Source: Rhodospirillaceae bacterium
GTDB lineage: Bacteria; Pseudomonadota; Alphaproteobacteria; GCA-2721365
Direction of reading: 5' to 3'
NCBI GenBank assembly: GCA_002721365.1
Contig: PBKC01000037.1
Span: forward strand, 29,501 to 93,500
Length of the DNA: 64,000 bases
Shown here: positions 27,242 to 37,903 of the stretch, piece after piece
Layout of the letters: each line of letters begins with the position of its first letter
Numbering within the stretch: the stretch's first letter is position 1
Program-made: the position numbers and the translations under genes
The notes under the pieces: generated by a model
What the model saw: the letters and a program-made list of their open reading frames with translations, nothing else
Databases searched by the model: none
What the model was told of the DNA's origin: nothing

Positions 27242-27279
27242 GCCGGGGCGGCGAGGCCTTGCAAAGGCCGGCGCTCTCT

Positions 27280-27325
27280 CCCACCTCAGCCCAGCCCTCT
27301 CCGCCGAATGGCGGGGGAGGGGACG
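27280..27325. repeat. Short palindromic repeat half-element
   Basis: Homologous to 19192-19240. Confidence 0.65.
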
Positions 27326-27421
27326 GAGAACCGGCGGAGCGACGCTTCGCCGGCGAGGGCTAGGCAGGCGAGGCACCGGCTCTTTCGCCGATCTCCCTCC
27401 CGCAAACCACACGGAACGACG

Positions 27422-28828
27422 ATGGCTGAAGCACGGACGCTGTTCGACAAGATCTGGGACCTGCACGTGGTGGACCCCGGCGAAGACGGTGCCGCGCTCA
27501 TTTACATCGACCGCCATCTCGTCCACGAGGTCACCAGCCCGCAGGCGTTCGAGGGCCTGCGCATCGCCGGGCGGCCGGTACGCCGCCCCGACGCGACGCT
27601 GGCTGTCGCCGACCACAACATTCCGACCACCGACCGCAGCGCCGGCATCGCCGACGCGACCGCGCGCCTCCAGGTCGAGACGCTGGAAGCGAACACGAAG
27701 GCGTTCGGCGTTCCCTACATCCCGGTCGACGACATCCGTCAGGGTATCGTCCACATCATCGGGCCGGAGCTGGGCTTCACCCTGCCGGGGACGACGATCG
27801 TCTGCGGTGACAGCCATACCTCGACCCATGGCGCGTTCGGCGCGCTCGCCTTCGGTATCGGCACCAGCGAGGTCGAGCACGTCCTGGCGACGCAGACGCT
27901 GATTCAGCAGCGCCCGAAGACGATGCGCATCACCGTCGACGGCAAGGCGCCGGCCGGCGTTACCGCCAAAGACATCGTGCTCTCGATCATCGGCCATATC
28001 GGGACGGCGGGGGCCACCGGCCACGTCATCGAGTATGCCGGCGAGGCGATTCGCGACCTGTCGATGGAAGGCCGCATGACGGTCTGCAACATGTCGATCG
28101 AAGCGGGCGCGCGCGCCGGGCTGATCGCTCCCGACGAAACGACCTTCGAATACCTCAAGGGCCGGTCGATGGCCCCCAAGGGTGCGGTCTGGGAACAGGC
28201 GGTCACCTTCTGGCGGACGCTGCCGTCGGACCCCGGCGCACGCTACGATACCGAGATCACCATCTCCGCCGAGACGCTGGTGCCCCATGTGACTTGGGGA
28301 ACCAGCCCGCAGGACGTGCTGCCGATCTCCGGCGCCGTGCCCGATCCCGCAGCCGAAGCCGACGAGGCGCGCCGGGAAGGGATGGCGCGGGCGCTCGACT
28401 ATATGGGGCTCACCCCCGGCATGCCGCTCAGCGCGGTGAAGATCGACCGCGTGTTCATCGGCTCCTGCACCAATGGCCGGATCGAGGATCTGCGCGCCGC
28501 GGCGGCGGTCGCCAAGGGCCGCAAGGTCGCCGAGGGCGTGGGGGCGATGATCGTGCCCGGCTCCGGGCTGGTGAAGCACCAGGCCGAGGAGGAAGGACTC
28601 GACCGCATCTTCATCGAAGCCGGCTTCGAATGGCGTGAGCCCGGCTGCTCGATGTGCCTGGCGATGAACGACGACCGCCTCGCCCCCGGCGAGCGCTGCG
28701 CTTCGACGTCGAACCGCAATTTCGAGGGACGGCAGGGATTCCGCGGCCGCACCCATCTCGTCAGCCCGGCGATGGCGGCGGCTGCGGCGATCAGCGGCCA
28801 TCTCGCCGATGTCCGCGAGTTCCAGTGA
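27422..28828 (+). CDS. leuC: 3-isopropylmalate dehydratase large subunit
   Basis: [37 protein letters not shown] and [12 protein letters not shown]. Confidence 0.98.
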   Translation: MAEARTLFDKIWDLHVVDPGEDGAALIYIDRHLVHEVTSPQAFEGLRIAGRPVRRPDATLAVADHNIPTTDRSAGIADATARLQVETLEANTKAFGVPYIPVDDIRQGIVHIIGPELGFTLPGTTIVCGDSHTSTHGAFGALAFGIGTSEVEHVLATQTLIQQRPKTMRITVDGKAPAGVTAKDIVLSIIGHIGTAGATGHVIEYAGEAIRDLSMEGRMTVCNMSIEAGARAGLIAPDETTFEYLKGRSMAPKGAVWEQAVTFWRTLPSDPGARYDTEITISAETLVPHVTWGTSPQDVLPISGAVPDPAAEADEARREGMARALDYMGLTPGMPLSAVKIDRVFIGSCTNGRIEDLRAAAAVAKGRKVAEGVGAMIVPGSGLVKHQAEEEGLDRIFIEAGFEWREPGCSMCLAMNDDRLAPGERCASTSNRNFEGRQGFRGRTHLVSPAMAAAAAISGHLADVREFQ

Positions 28829-28998
28829 CGCGAGAGCGATCCGCGGGTGTCGTCGAATGCCGCGCCGTCGGCTCGCGTTGACGGTTTGGGTGGAGAGATA
28901 GCCCCGCGATAGCGGCAGACCCCGAATGCGAAGGCCGGTCCTTGGCCGATGCTGCGTTCCGCGGCAAACTCGCACAGCTTGAGGAGGTGCGCAGGCGC

Positions 28999-29604
28999 AT
29001 GGAGAAGTTCGATACGCTGACGGGAGTCGCAGCGCCGATGCCGATGATCAATGTCGACACGGACAGGATCATCCCCAAGCAGTTCCTGACGACGATCAAG
29101 CGCACCGGGCTCGGCCGCCACGCCTTCCACGAGATGCGATATGAGGACGACGGGTCGGAGAAGCCCGACTTCGTCCTGAACAAGGCCGCTTACCGCGATG
29201 CGAAGATTTTGATCGCCGGCGCCAATTTCGGCTGCGGCTCGAGCCGTGAGCATGCGCCCTGGGCGCTGCTCGATTTCGGCATCCGCTGCGTGATCGCGCC
29301 GAGCTTCGCCGACATCTTCTTCAACAACTGCTTCAAGAACGGCATCCTCCCGATCACCCTGCCGCAGGAACAGATCGATTCCCTGATGGCGGAGGCCGAT
29401 CGCGGCGCCAATGCGGTGTTCACGATCGACCTGGAGAAAGAGGAGATCTCGACGCCCGACGGCCGGACCGTCGCCTTCCAGATCGACCCGTTCCGCCGCC
29501 ATTGCCTGCTCGAAGGGCTGGACGACATCGGGCTGACTCTTGAAAAAGGCCCGGCGATCGACAGCTTCGAAGCCAAGCGCGCCCAGCAGCATCCCTGGCT
29601 CTGA
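28999..29604 (+). CDS. leuD: 3-isopropylmalate dehydratase small subunit
   Basis: [28 protein letters not shown] and SFADIFFNN. Confidence 0.97.
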   Translation: MEKFDTLTGVAAPMPMINVDTDRIIPKQFLTTIKRTGLGRHAFHEMRYEDDGSEKPDFVLNKAAYRDAKILIAGANFGCGSSREHAPWALLDFGIRCVIAPSFADIFFNNCFKNGILPITLPQEQIDSLMAEADRGANAVFTIDLEKEEISTPDGRTVAFQIDPFRRHCLLEGLDDIGLTLEKGPAIDSFEAKRAQQHPWL

Positions 29605-29708
29605 TCGGTTACATCGACGACCATTCGATTCGGCAGCCGGCCTGATCGCCGGCTGCTTCCGCATTTGGACCGAGAGGCCGTTTCTCCACATCACCAGAAG
29701 AGAGAAGA

Positions 29709-30827
29709 ATGCAGAAGAACAAGAAGCTTCTTTTGTTGCCGGGCGACGGAATCGGCAAGGAAGTGATGAACGAGGTGCGGCGGGTCGTCGACTGGTTCGC
29801 CAAGCGCCGCGCGGTTGCTTTCGATATCGAGGAAGACCTTGTCGGCGGCGCGTCCTACGAGGCGCACGGTACGCCGGTGACGGACGCGGTGGTGGAGAAG
29901 GCGCTGAACGCCGACGCGGTGCTGTTCGGTGCGGTGGGCGGACCGCAGTGGGAGACGCTGCCCTTCGCCGACCGGCCTGAGCGCGGTCTTCTGCGCCTCC
30001 GGAAGGAGCTCGACCTGTTCGCCAATCTGCGCCCGGCGGTCGTGTTCGACGCGATGGTCGAGTCCTCCACCCTGAAGCCGGAGATCGTCCGCGGTCTCGA
30101 CATCATGATCATCCGCGAGCTGACGGGCGGCATCTATTTCGGTGAGCCGCGCGGCATCGAGGAGCTGCCCGACGGCACCCGCCGCGGCATCAACACCGAG
30201 GTCTACACGACGCCGGAGATCGAGCGCGTCGGCCGCGTCGCTTTCGTGCTGGCTGGCAAGCGCAAGGACGGTCATGTCCACTCGGTCGAGAAGGCCAATG
30301 TGATGGAAAGCGGCGTGCTGTGGCGCGAGGAGATTCAGGCGCTCCACGACAGCGATTTCCAGGACATCCGACTGGAGCACATGTACGCCGACAATGCGGC
30401 GATGCAGCTGGTCCGCAATCCGCACCAGTTCGACGTCATCATCACCGGCAACCTGTTCGGCGACATCCTGTCGGACATTGCGGCGATGCTCACCGGCTCG
30501 CTCGGCATGCTGCCCTCGGCTTCGCTGGGCGCCAAGGATCCGGTCACCGGCATGCGCCGCGCGCTCTACGAGCCGGTGCATGGCAGCGCTCCCGACATCG
30601 CCGGCCAGGGCAAGGCCAACCCGATCGCCATGCTGCTCAGCTACGCGATGATGCTGCGCTATTCCTTCGACCTGCCCGAGGACGCCGACCTGATCGAGAA
30701 GGCCGTGTCCGAGGTGCTGGCCGGCGGTCTCCGTACCCTCGATGTCATGCAGAAGGGCATGGCGCGCGTTTCGACCGGCGTCATGGGCGAAGCGATCATC
30801 CGCGAGCTCGACAAGCTCTCGGCCTGA
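29709..30827 (+). CDS. leuB: 3-isopropylmalate dehydrogenase
   Basis: [26 protein letters not shown] and [12 protein letters not shown]. Confidence 0.97.
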   Translation: MQKNKKLLLLPGDGIGKEVMNEVRRVVDWFAKRRAVAFDIEEDLVGGASYEAHGTPVTDAVVEKALNADAVLFGAVGGPQWETLPFADRPERGLLRLRKELDLFANLRPAVVFDAMVESSTLKPEIVRGLDIMIIRELTGGIYFGEPRGIEELPDGTRRGINTEVYTTPEIERVGRVAFVLAGKRKDGHVHSVEKANVMESGVLWREEIQALHDSDFQDIRLEHMYADNAAMQLVRNPHQFDVIITGNLFGDILSDIAAMLTGSLGMLPSASLGAKDPVTGMRRALYEPVHGSAPDIAGQGKANPIAMLLSYAMMLRYSFDLPEDADLIEKAVSEVLAGGLRTLDVMQKGMARVSTGVMGEAIIRELDKLSA

Positions 30828-30836
30828 CGCCTCCGG

Positions 30837-30930
30837 TTCCCCCCTCCCGACTCTCCCAAAGGGGGAGGGTCAGGACGGTGCGGCGACTCCGGCAAGAACC
30901 CTCTCCCTTTGGGGGAGGGTAGGGAGGGGG
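30837..30930. repeat. Palindromic repeat doublet (CCCTCTCCC/GGGGAGGG family) between convergent genes
   Basis: cccctcccgactctcccaaagggggaggg...ccctctccctttgggggagggtagggagggg. Confidence 0.75.
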
Positions 30931-30949
30931 CGGGCAGCGCCGCTATGCA

Positions 30950-31279
30950 TCACTCGACGCCGTAGCGGCGGAGTTCGGCCTGCAGACGGCCGGTCACGGC
31001 GAGGGCGAACATGCGGAAGTCGCTGTAGAGCGACCAGAGCGGAAAGCGGAACGTGGCCGGCCGGTTCTTCTCGACGAAGAAGTGTCCGGCCCAGGCGAAG
31101 GCGTAGCCGGAGACCAGGGCTGCGACCGACAACCACCAGGCGCCGGTGAGAGCGAGCAGGGCCAGCAACGCGAGTCCGAGCCCGGTGCCGAGGAAATGCA
31201 GGCGGCGGGTGGCCGGCTTGCGGTGTTCGTTCAGATAGTAGGGCCAGAACGTCCGGTAGGTCGTGGGCTCCTGCGGCAT
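30950..31279 (-). CDS. DUF962 (Mpo1-like) membrane protein
   Basis: FWPYYLNEH....RRLHF.G and GYAFAWAGHFFVEKNRPATF..P. Confidence 0.9.
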   Translation of the reverse strand: MPQEPTTYRTFWPYYLNEHRKPATRRLHFLGTGLGLALLALLALTGAWWLSVAALVSGYAFAWAGHFFVEKNRPATFRFPLWSLYSDFRMFALAVTGRLQAELRRYGVE

Positions 31280-31389
31280 CGCGGTCCCTCCTTCATTCGG
31301 AGGCGTCGGCCGAATGCGGGGCGCACATTGACTTCGCCGGCCAACGGCGCAACAAACCCCTCCAACCAACGACGCAACGGAATTTCACC

Positions 31390-32403
31390 ATGGGTTACAA
31401 GGTAGCGGTCGTCGGCGCCACGGGAAATGTCGGGCGCGAGATTCTCAACATCCTCGACGAGCGGGACTTCCCCGCCGATGACGTCATCGCACTGGCGTCG
31501 CGGAACTCGGCGGGCAAGGAGATTTCGTTCGGTGATCGCGGCACCTTGAAGGTCCAGGACCTGGAGACCTTCGACTTCAACGGCGTCGACATCGGTCTGT
31601 TCTCCCCGGGCGCCAAGGTGTCGGCGGTGCATGCGCCGCGCGCCGCCGCCGATGGCTGCGTGGTGATCGACAATACCTCGTATTTCCGCATGGATCCGGA
31701 CATCCCGCTGGTCGTGCCGGAGGTGAATCCGGACGCCCTCGCCGACTATCGCGAGCGGAACATCATCGCCAATCCCAACTGCTCGACGATCCAGATGGTG
31801 GTGGCCCTGAAGCCGCTTCACGACTTCGCGCGCATCAAGCGGGTGGTGGTGTCGACCTATCAGTCGGTATCGGGTGCCGGCAAGGCGGCGATGGACGAGC
31901 TGTTCAACCAGACGCGGAAGCTCTACGAGGCCGACGACATGAAGCCGGACGTCTTCCAGCGCCGCATCGCCTTCAACGTCATTCCGCAGATCGACGTCTT
32001 CCTGGACGACGGCAGTACCAAGGAAGAGGCGAAGATGGTGAAGGAGACGCAGAAGATCCTCGATCCGTCGATCGCCGTCACCGCCACCTGCGTCCGCGTG
32101 CCGGTCTTCGTCGGCCATTCCGAGTCGGTCAATGTCGAGTTCGAGTTTCCGATTTCCGTCGAGGACGCACGCGAGGTGCTGAGCGAAGCGCCGGGCGTGC
32201 TGCTGATCGACAATCCGGACGAGGGCGCTTACGTGACGCCGGTCGAATGCGTCGGCGATTACGGCGTCTTCGTCTCGCGCATCCGTCAGGATCCGACGGT
32301 GGCCTACGGACTCAATCTCTGGGTCGTCTCCGACAACCTGCGCAAGGGTGCGGCGCTGAACACCGTCCAGATCGCCGAGGAGCTGGTCGCGAGTTATCTC
32401 TGA
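31390..32403 (+). CDS. asd: Aspartate-semialdehyde dehydrogenase
   Basis: VVGATGNVG, IIANPNCST, STYQSVSGAG and DNLRKGAALN. Confidence 0.98.
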   Translation: MGYKVAVVGATGNVGREILNILDERDFPADDVIALASRNSAGKEISFGDRGTLKVQDLETFDFNGVDIGLFSPGAKVSAVHAPRAAADGCVVIDNTSYFRMDPDIPLVVPEVNPDALADYRERNIIANPNCSTIQMVVALKPLHDFARIKRVVVSTYQSVSGAGKAAMDELFNQTRKLYEADDMKPDVFQRRIAFNVIPQIDVFLDDGSTKEEAKMVKETQKILDPSIAVTATCVRVPVFVGHSESVNVEFEFPISVEDAREVLSEAPGVLLIDNPDEGAYVTPVECVGDYGVFVSRIRQDPTVAYGLNLWVVSDNLRKGAALNTVQIAEELVASYL

Positions 32404-32442
32404 CCGGGCGGCGAAGGACGTGGCGCAAGGGGCCGGTCGGCG

Positions 32443-33123
32443 TTGCTCCCGCTGACGCCGCTCGACTGGGTCGCCGTCGGTTGGTTCTTCGGCGGCTGGC
32501 TCGGCTATACCGGCTACGCGGACTATAGCCGCTGGCACGAGGGAACGGTGAGCGCCGCCATGCGGCGTCTCTACCGCCAGTGGATGAGCGAGATGCTGCG
32601 CCGTGAGCTCCGCATCGTCGACACCCAGATATTCGGCAATCTGCTCACCGGAATCGGCTTCTTCTCTTCGACGACGATCCTGGTGATCGGCGGTCTGATC
32701 GCCGCGCTGGGCGCCGCCGATCAGGCGATGACGACGCTCTCCGAACTGCCTTTCGCAGTCGTGCAGTCGCAAAGCCTGTGGGAGATCAAGATCCTGACGC
32801 TGCTGACGATTTTCGTCTATGCGTTCTTCAAGTTCGCCTGGGCGTACAGGATCTACAACTACTGTTCCGTGATGATCGGCGCCGCGCCGATCGGGCTGGA
32901 GGACGCGGCGGAGCGGGAATCCTACGCCGACCGGGCCAGCCTGCTGGCGAGCCTCGCTTCACGCCATTTCAATCGCGGCCTGCGGGCCTATTTCTTCGCG
33001 CTCGCGGTGTTGGGCTGGTTCATCGGCCCGATCGTCTTCATCGCCGCGACGACACTGGTGCTGGTGGTGATCCAGCGCCGCGAGTTCCGTTCGCAATCGC
33101 TGAAGGCGCTCCGCGGCGATTGA
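32443..33123 (+). CDS. DUF599 family membrane protein
   Basis: FFSSTTILVIGG, YAFFKFAWAYR..NY and HFNRGLRAYFF. Confidence 0.88.
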   Translation: MLPLTPLDWVAVGWFFGGWLGYTGYADYSRWHEGTVSAAMRRLYRQWMSEMLRRELRIVDTQIFGNLLTGIGFFSSTTILVIGGLIAALGAADQAMTTLSELPFAVVQSQSLWEIKILTLLTIFVYAFFKFAWAYRIYNYCSVMIGAAPIGLEDAAERESYADRASLLASLASRHFNRGLRAYFFALAVLGWFIGPIVFIAATTLVLVVIQRREFRSQSLKALRGD

Positions 33124-33150
33124 GGGGCTCGCACACCGATATATGGACTT

Positions 33151-33243
33151 GTCGTTCCCGCGCAGGCGGGAACCCAGCATGCGGCGCGACGGTCGTTTGG
33201 TCTCCGAGTCCGGCATCTGGATTCCCGCCTGCGCGGGAATGAC
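33151..33243. repeat. REP-like doublet (CCCGCGCAGGCGGG family) between convergent genes
   Basis: gtcgttcccgcgcaggcgggaacccag...ctggattcccgcctgcgcgggaatgac. Confidence 0.85.
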
Positions 33244-33255
33244 GGTGGAAGCGTG

Positions 33256-33951
33256 CTATCGCTTGGCGAACTGCTTATCGCCGAAAAGCACTGAGAACTT
33301 CTCCTTGTCCAGGGTGCCGACGCCGGCATTGTCGCGCATCACGTCGATGCCGCGGCGGACGGTGGGGCGCGCCTTCAGTTCCTCGTACCAGCGCTTGAGG
33401 TTGGGGAAGTCGTCGAGGTTCTGTCCCTGCCTGTCGTGATAGCGGAGCCACGGAAAGGTCGCCATATCGGCGATGGTGTAGGCATCGCCCGCCAGATAGG
33501 CGGTTTCGCCCAGGCGCCGGTCGACGACCCCGTAGAGCCGCGCCGCCTCGTTGGTATAGCGGTTGATCGCATATTCGATCTTCTCGGGCGCGTATTGGCG
33601 GAAATGGGGCGCCTGCCCCAGCATCGGGCCGACTCCACCCATCTGGAACATCAGCCATTCGATCGTCGCAATCCTGTCGCGGGGCGCCTCCGGCAGGAAC
33701 TGTCCCGTCTTCTCGGCGAGATAGAGCAGGATCGCCCCTGACTCGAAAACGGCGATCGGCTGACCGTCGGGGCCGTCGGGATCGACGATCGCCGGCATCT
33801 TGTTGTTGGGGCTGATCTTCAGGAAGTCGGGCTCGAACTGCTGTCCCTTGCCGATGTCGACCGGGATCACCCGGTAGTCGAGTCCGGCTTCCTCCAGGAA
33901 GATCGTGACCTTGTGGCCGTTGGGGGTCGGCCAGTAGTGGAGATCGATCAT
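33256..33951 (-). CDS. Glutathione S-transferase, YfcG-like (TPNG class)
   Basis: YWPTPNGHK, ISPNNKMPAI, FESGAIL.YLA and WLMFQMGGVGPM. Confidence 0.93.
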   Translation of the reverse strand: MIDLHYWPTPNGHKVTIFLEEAGLDYRVIPVDIGKGQQFEPDFLKISPNNKMPAIVDPDGPDGQPIAVFESGAILLYLAEKTGQFLPEAPRDRIATIEWLMFQMGGVGPMLGQAPHFRQYAPEKIEYAINRYTNEAARLYGVVDRRLGETAYLAGDAYTIADMATFPWLRYHDRQGQNLDDFPNLKRWYEELKARPTVRRGIDVMRDNAGVGTLDKEKFSVLFGDKQFAKR

Positions 33952-34131
33952 TGATGCGCTCCCGCGTTGGGTTCGGTCGCAAAGTTAGGGGCGTGGCGTA
34001 CCCCCGACCAGCGGGGCGGGGCGATATAGTCTTTGCGCACAAGGCAAAAGTGGGCGCATGATCCTTGGGCCTCGGCAACCGGAATACCGACCGTGGTGCC
34101 TATCACGACGATAAAACAGGGGAGAAACGCC

Positions 34132-34386
34132 ATGACGTACGGGATTCGTGCGACGGCTCTCGCTGTCGTGCTGTGCTTCGGCTTCGGAGGGGCGGCCATG
34201 GCCGCGGAGGACGAAGAGGTCACTTTCGATCCCGAGAACGCCTGCATCATCGCGATGCCCAAGGACTGCGACAAGTGGTGCACCAACGCACCAGCAGCAT
34301 CGAACTACGAATCGAAGGACGCCTGCCTCAAGGTCTGCAGATCGAATGCAGCCCTGTGCAAGCATAAGGGCATGCCCGGGTATTGA
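34132..34386 (+). CDS. Small secreted cysteine-rich protein (84 aa)
   Basis: RBS GGGGAG before the ATG; signal peptide ending AMA; six Cys in the mature part; fills the gap between the GST gene and hbd. Confidence 0.7.
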   Translation: MTYGIRATALAVVLCFGFGGAAMAAEDEEVTFDPENACIIAMPKDCDKWCTNAPAASNYESKDACLKVCRSNAALCKHKGMPGY

Positions 34387-34479
34387 AGTTGTCGCGGTCC
34401 GGGAAGCATCGGGCGATATGTCCGCTTCCGGACCGCCTTTCGCGTCCGGGACTGCCCGCGAAGCCCGACTTCGGCCGCC

Positions 34480-35349
34480 TCAGCGGGTCGGGACGGGCGT
34501 ATCCCCGGCGTAATCGTAGAAGCCGCGGTTGGCCTTCCGGCCCAGCCAGCCCGCTTCCACATATTTCACCAGCAGCGGACAGGGGCGGTACTTGCTGTCG
34601 GCCAGGCCCTCGTAAAGGACCTGCATGACCGCCAGGCACACGTCGAGGCCGATGAAGTCGGCGAGTTCCAGCGGCCCCATCGGATGATTGGCGCCGAGCT
34701 TCATCGCCGTGTCGATCGCCTCCACCGACCCCACGCCTTCGTACAGCGTGTAGATCGCCTCGTTGATCATCGGCAGCAGGATGCGGTTGACGATGAAGGC
34801 AGGGAAATCCTCGGCGCTGACGGGGGTCTTGCCCAGCCGTTCCGTCAGCTCCTTGATCGCCTGGAAGGTCTCTTCCTCGGTGGCGATGCCGCGGATCAGC
34901 TCGACGAGCTGCATCTTGGGCACCGGATTCATGAAGTGCATGCCGATGAACTTGCCGGCGCGATCGGTCGCGGCGGCGAGTCGGGTCACCGAAATCGACG
35001 AGGTGTTGGTGGCGATGAAGGCTTCCGGCTGCAGCATCGGCGACAGGGCGCGGAAGATCTCTTTCTTGACCTCTTCGTTCTCGGTCGCGGCTTCGATGAC
35101 GAGGTCGACGTCCTTCAGCGCGGAGAGTTCGTTCGCGGTCGAGATGCGCTTCATAGCGTCCTCGACACTGCCGGTAAGGCGGCCGCGCGACGCCTGACGC
35201 TCCAAACCGGCGGTGATCGCCTCGATGGATCGCTGCAACTGATCGGCGGAGACGTCGACCACCGTGACGTCGATGCTGTTCGCCGCACAGACTTGGGCTA
35301 TGCCCGAGCCCATCTGCCCGGCACCGATGACGCCGAGTTTCTCAATCAT
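34480..35349 (-). CDS. hbd: 3-hydroxybutyryl-CoA dehydrogenase
   Basis: GAGQMGSGIA, IEAATE, TNTSS, GMHFMNP and GANHPMGPL. Confidence 0.95.
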   Translation of the reverse strand: MIEKLGVIGAGQMGSGIAQVCAANSIDVTVVDVSADQLQRSIEAITAGLERQASRGRLTGSVEDAMKRISTANELSALKDVDLVIEAATENEEVKKEIFRALSPMLQPEAFIATNTSSISVTRLAAATDRAGKFIGMHFMNPVPKMQLVELIRGIATEEETFQAIKELTERLGKTPVSAEDFPAFIVNRILLPMINEAIYTLYEGVGSVEAIDTAMKLGANHPMGPLELADFIGLDVCLAVMQVLYEGLADSKYRPCPLLVKYVEAGWLGRKANRGFYDYAGDTPVPTR

Positions 35350-35361
35350 GACCTTGCGACC

Positions 35362-36297
35362 TCACTTGCCAATGGCATCGGTCAGTTCGGGAACGATCTT
35401 GAACAGATCGCCGACAAGGCCGTAGTCGGCAATCTGGAAGATCGGTGCTTCCTCATCCTTGTTGATCGCCACGATCACCTTGCTGTCCTTCATGCCCGCC
35501 AGATGCTGGATCGCGCCGGAGATGCCGACGGCGATGTACAGTTCCGGCGCGACGACCTTGCCGGTCTGGCCGACCTGATAGTCGTTGGGCACGAAGCCGG
35601 CGTCGACCGCCGCGCGCGACGCGCCGACCGCGGCCCCCAGCTTGTCGGCCAGGGCTTCCAGGATGCTGAAGTTCTCGCCGCTGCCCATGCCGCGCCCGCC
35701 GGACACGATAACCCGGGCGCTGGTGAGCTCGGGCCGTTCCGACCGGCTGAGTTCGCGGCCGACGAATTCGGCGCCCTCGGCGCTCGCCCCGGCACCGTCG
35801 ACCGTTTCGACGGCGGCATTGCCGCCGCTGCCGGCAGCCGGGAACGCGGTGGTGCGGACGGTGATCAGCTTGACCGAATCGCTCGACTGAACGGTGGCCA
35901 GCGCGTTGCCTGCATAAATGGGCCGGACGAAGGTGTCCGGCGACTCGACGGCCATGACGTCCGAAATCTGCTGCACGTCCAGCAGGGCCGCCGCGCGCGG
36001 CAGGACGTTCTTGCCGAACGTCGTGGCCGGGACGACGACGTGGCTGTAGTCCGAGGCCAGCTTGACGATCAGCGGTGCGAACGTCTCGGCGAGCTGATTC
36101 TCGAGCGCATCATCTTCGGCGACCAGAACCTTGGCCACCCCGTCGACGGCCTTCGCCGCGTCGGCGACGCCGCTGCAGCCCTTGCCGGCCACGAGAACAT
36201 GGACCTCGTCGCCCATGGCCTTGGCGGCGGTGACGGTGTTGAGGGTTGCGCTCTTGAGTTCGCCGGCTTCGTGCTCGGCGATAACGAGTACCGGCAT
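35362..36297 (-). CDS. etfA: Electron transfer flavoprotein alpha subunit
   Basis: [23 protein letters not shown] and [12 protein letters not shown]. Confidence 0.97.
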   Translation of the reverse strand: MPVLVIAEHEAGELKSATLNTVTAAKAMGDEVHVLVAGKGCSGVADAAKAVDGVAKVLVAEDDALENQLAETFAPLIVKLASDYSHVVVPATTFGKNVLPRAAALLDVQQISDVMAVESPDTFVRPIYAGNALATVQSSDSVKLITVRTTAFPAAGSGGNAAVETVDGAGASAEGAEFVGRELSRSERPELTSARVIVSGGRGMGSGENFSILEALADKLGAAVGASRAAVDAGFVPNDYQVGQTGKVVAPELYIAVGISGAIQHLAGMKDSKVIVAINKDEEAPIFQIADYGLVGDLFKIVPELTDAIGK

Positions 36298-37046
36298 CAG
36301 ATCACTCCTGCTTCGTTGCGCAGCTTCTCGACGAGCTCGTCGACGCTGCCCACCTTGACGCCGCCTTCACGCTTCGGCGGCTCGGTCACCTTCAGGGTCT
36401 TGAGCCGCGGTGCGATGTCGACGCCATAGTCCTCCGGCGCCTTCTGGTCGATCGGCTTGCGCTTCGCCTTCATGATGTTGGGCAGCGACGCATAGCGCGG
36501 CTCGTTCAGACGAAGGTCGGTGGTGATGATCGCCGGCATCGTCAGCTTCTCGGTTTCCAGGCCGCCGTCGATCTCGCGCGTCACCTGCAGACTGCCGTCA
36601 CCGACGTCCAGCTTCGATGCGAAGGTGCCCTGCGGCCAGCCGAGAAGGCCCGCCAGCATCTGTCCGGTCTGGTTGCTGTCGTCGTCGATGGCCTGCTTGC
36701 CGAGGATGACGAGGTCCGGCTTCTCCTCGTCGATGATCGCCTTCAACAGCTTGGCGACCGCCAGCGGCTGAAGCTCGGCGTCGGTCAGTACGTGGATGCC
36801 GCGGTCGGCCCCCATCGCGAAGGCGGTGCGCAGCGTCTCCTGGCACTGGGTGACGCCCATGGAGACGGCGACGATCTCGTCGGCCTTGCCAGCCTCCTTG
36901 AGGCGAACCGCTTCTTCGACGGCGATCTCGTCGAACGGGTTCATCGACATCTTGACGTTGGCGGTCTCGACTCCCGTCTTGTCGCTCTTGACGCGCACTT
37001 TGACGTTGTAGTCGATGACCCGCTTAACGGCGACGAGGACCTTCAT
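36297..37046 (-). CDS. etfB: Electron transfer flavoprotein beta subunit
   Basis: [27 protein letters not shown] and [13 protein letters not shown]. Confidence 0.97.
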   Translation of the reverse strand: MKVLVAVKRVIDYNVKVRVKSDKTGVETANVKMSMNPFDEIAVEEAVRLKEAGKADEIVAVSMGVTQCQETLRTAFAMGADRGIHVLTDAELQPLAVAKLLKAIIDEEKPDLVILGKQAIDDDSNQTGQMLAGLLGWPQGTFASKLDVGDGSLQVTREIDGGLETEKLTMPAIITTDLRLNEPRYASLPNIMKAKRKPIDQKAPEDYGVDIAPRLKTLKVTEPPKREGGVKVGSVDELVEKLRNEAGVI

Positions 37047-37143
37047 CGGCGCTTTGACTCCACCACTCTCGGAATTGTCCGGCGGGAACGGAGAGCGGCC
37101 GCGATGCAGTCGAGACGACCCGCGGCGCGGCTACAGCCCCGCC

Positions 37144-37185
37144 ATGCTGCGAATGCACAATATGTGTGCGACCCGGCAAAGTCAA
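37144..37185 (-). promoter_or_regulatory. sigma70 promoter of etfBA-hbd with overlapping TGC/GCA-rich operator-like motif
   Basis: Minus strand reads TTGACT-N17-TATTGT (37185-37157), followed by GCATTCGCAGCAT; GCACA-N5-TGTGC dyad at 37155-37169. Confidence 0.5.
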
Positions 37186-37225
37186 CTTGACCTCCGGGCG
37201 GCTGAAAGCACGGGAAAAGGGCGGT

Positions 37226-37432
37226 CTACTGCCGAACGAGGAAGTAGAAAATGGCCAGCAATAGGATTGCCAGGGCCTGAAAGCCGATACGCATCCGCAT
37301 CAGCTTGTTGCTGTAGCGGGCATTGAAGCTGCCGCCGCGAAACATCGAAACGACGCCGACGACGAGCACTCCCGCGGTCGCCAGGACGGCCATCGCGATC
37401 AGGATCGGAAAAACTGTCTGAAGCGTATCCAT
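37226..37432 (-). CDS. HIG1-like twin transmembrane helix small protein
   Basis: Two TM helices linked by RYSNKLMRMRI.FQA; usual neighbour of etfBA. Confidence 0.88.
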   Translation of the reverse strand: MDTLQTVFPILIAMAVLATAGVLVVGVVSMFRGGSFNARYSNKLMRMRIGFQALAILLLAIFYFLVRQ

Positions 37433-37501
37433 TTCATCCTGAACATAGGCACAAATCAGGCGCTTCGCCAGAGACGCGAGACATGCCGATTCGGATGGTC
37501 A

Positions 37502-37535
37502 GCCGCGCCGGACGCTCAAAGCGTCCGGCCGCGGC
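37502..37535. terminator. GC-rich hairpin, putative terminator
   Basis: gccgcgccggacgct-caa-agcgtccggccgcggc directly downstream of the 95-aa gene; no clear U-tract. Confidence 0.4.
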
Positions 37536-37546
37536 CTCACCGCGGC

Positions 37547-37834
37547 CTACTGAGCGAGCGCAGCGAACGCGCGATAGGGCTGAACCGGGTAAATCTCGAC
37601 TGACAGCATGCCCAGCTTCACCAGCGGCAGGCTGTCGACGGCCTCGCGGGCCTGCTCCTCGCTCTCCGCTTCCAGAACGATGACCGCGCCCTTGCCGTCC
37701 CGTCGGCTGTAGATCTCGCGGAAGATTTCCTTGGCGAACAGGTTCATCGCGCGCTGCGACTCTTCCTGCAGATGCGGTGCGAACTGCTCGGCCGTGTGAT
37801 CGGGGCTGCGCGTGGCGATGGCGATGACTTTCAT
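37547..37834 (-). CDS. Muconolactone isomerase/YCII-like dimeric alpha-beta barrel protein
   Basis: EE......L...G..R.IY...D..GAV..LEA.S.E.A......LPL pattern; RBS GGGAGG. Confidence 0.65.
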   Translation of the reverse strand: MKVIAIATRSPDHTAEQFAPHLQEESQRAMNLFAKEIFREIYSRRDGKGAVIVLEAESEEQAREAVDSLPLVKLGMLSVEIYPVQPYRAFAALAQ

Positions 37835-37903
37835 GGTCTTCCTCCCGTTGGGACAGCGGCCGGCGCGGCCGCGCTTCTCTATGACCGCTCGAAGCGCGGA
37901 GCG

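Noticed and set aside
28829-28998. 170-bp leuC-leuD spacer as an attenuator or sRNA
   Set aside because: No Leu-rich leader peptide or terminator structure recognisable.
19190-33243. Interspersed palindromes considered as a CRISPR array
   Set aside because: Copies are scattered and degenerate, lack regular spacers, and no cas genes are present.
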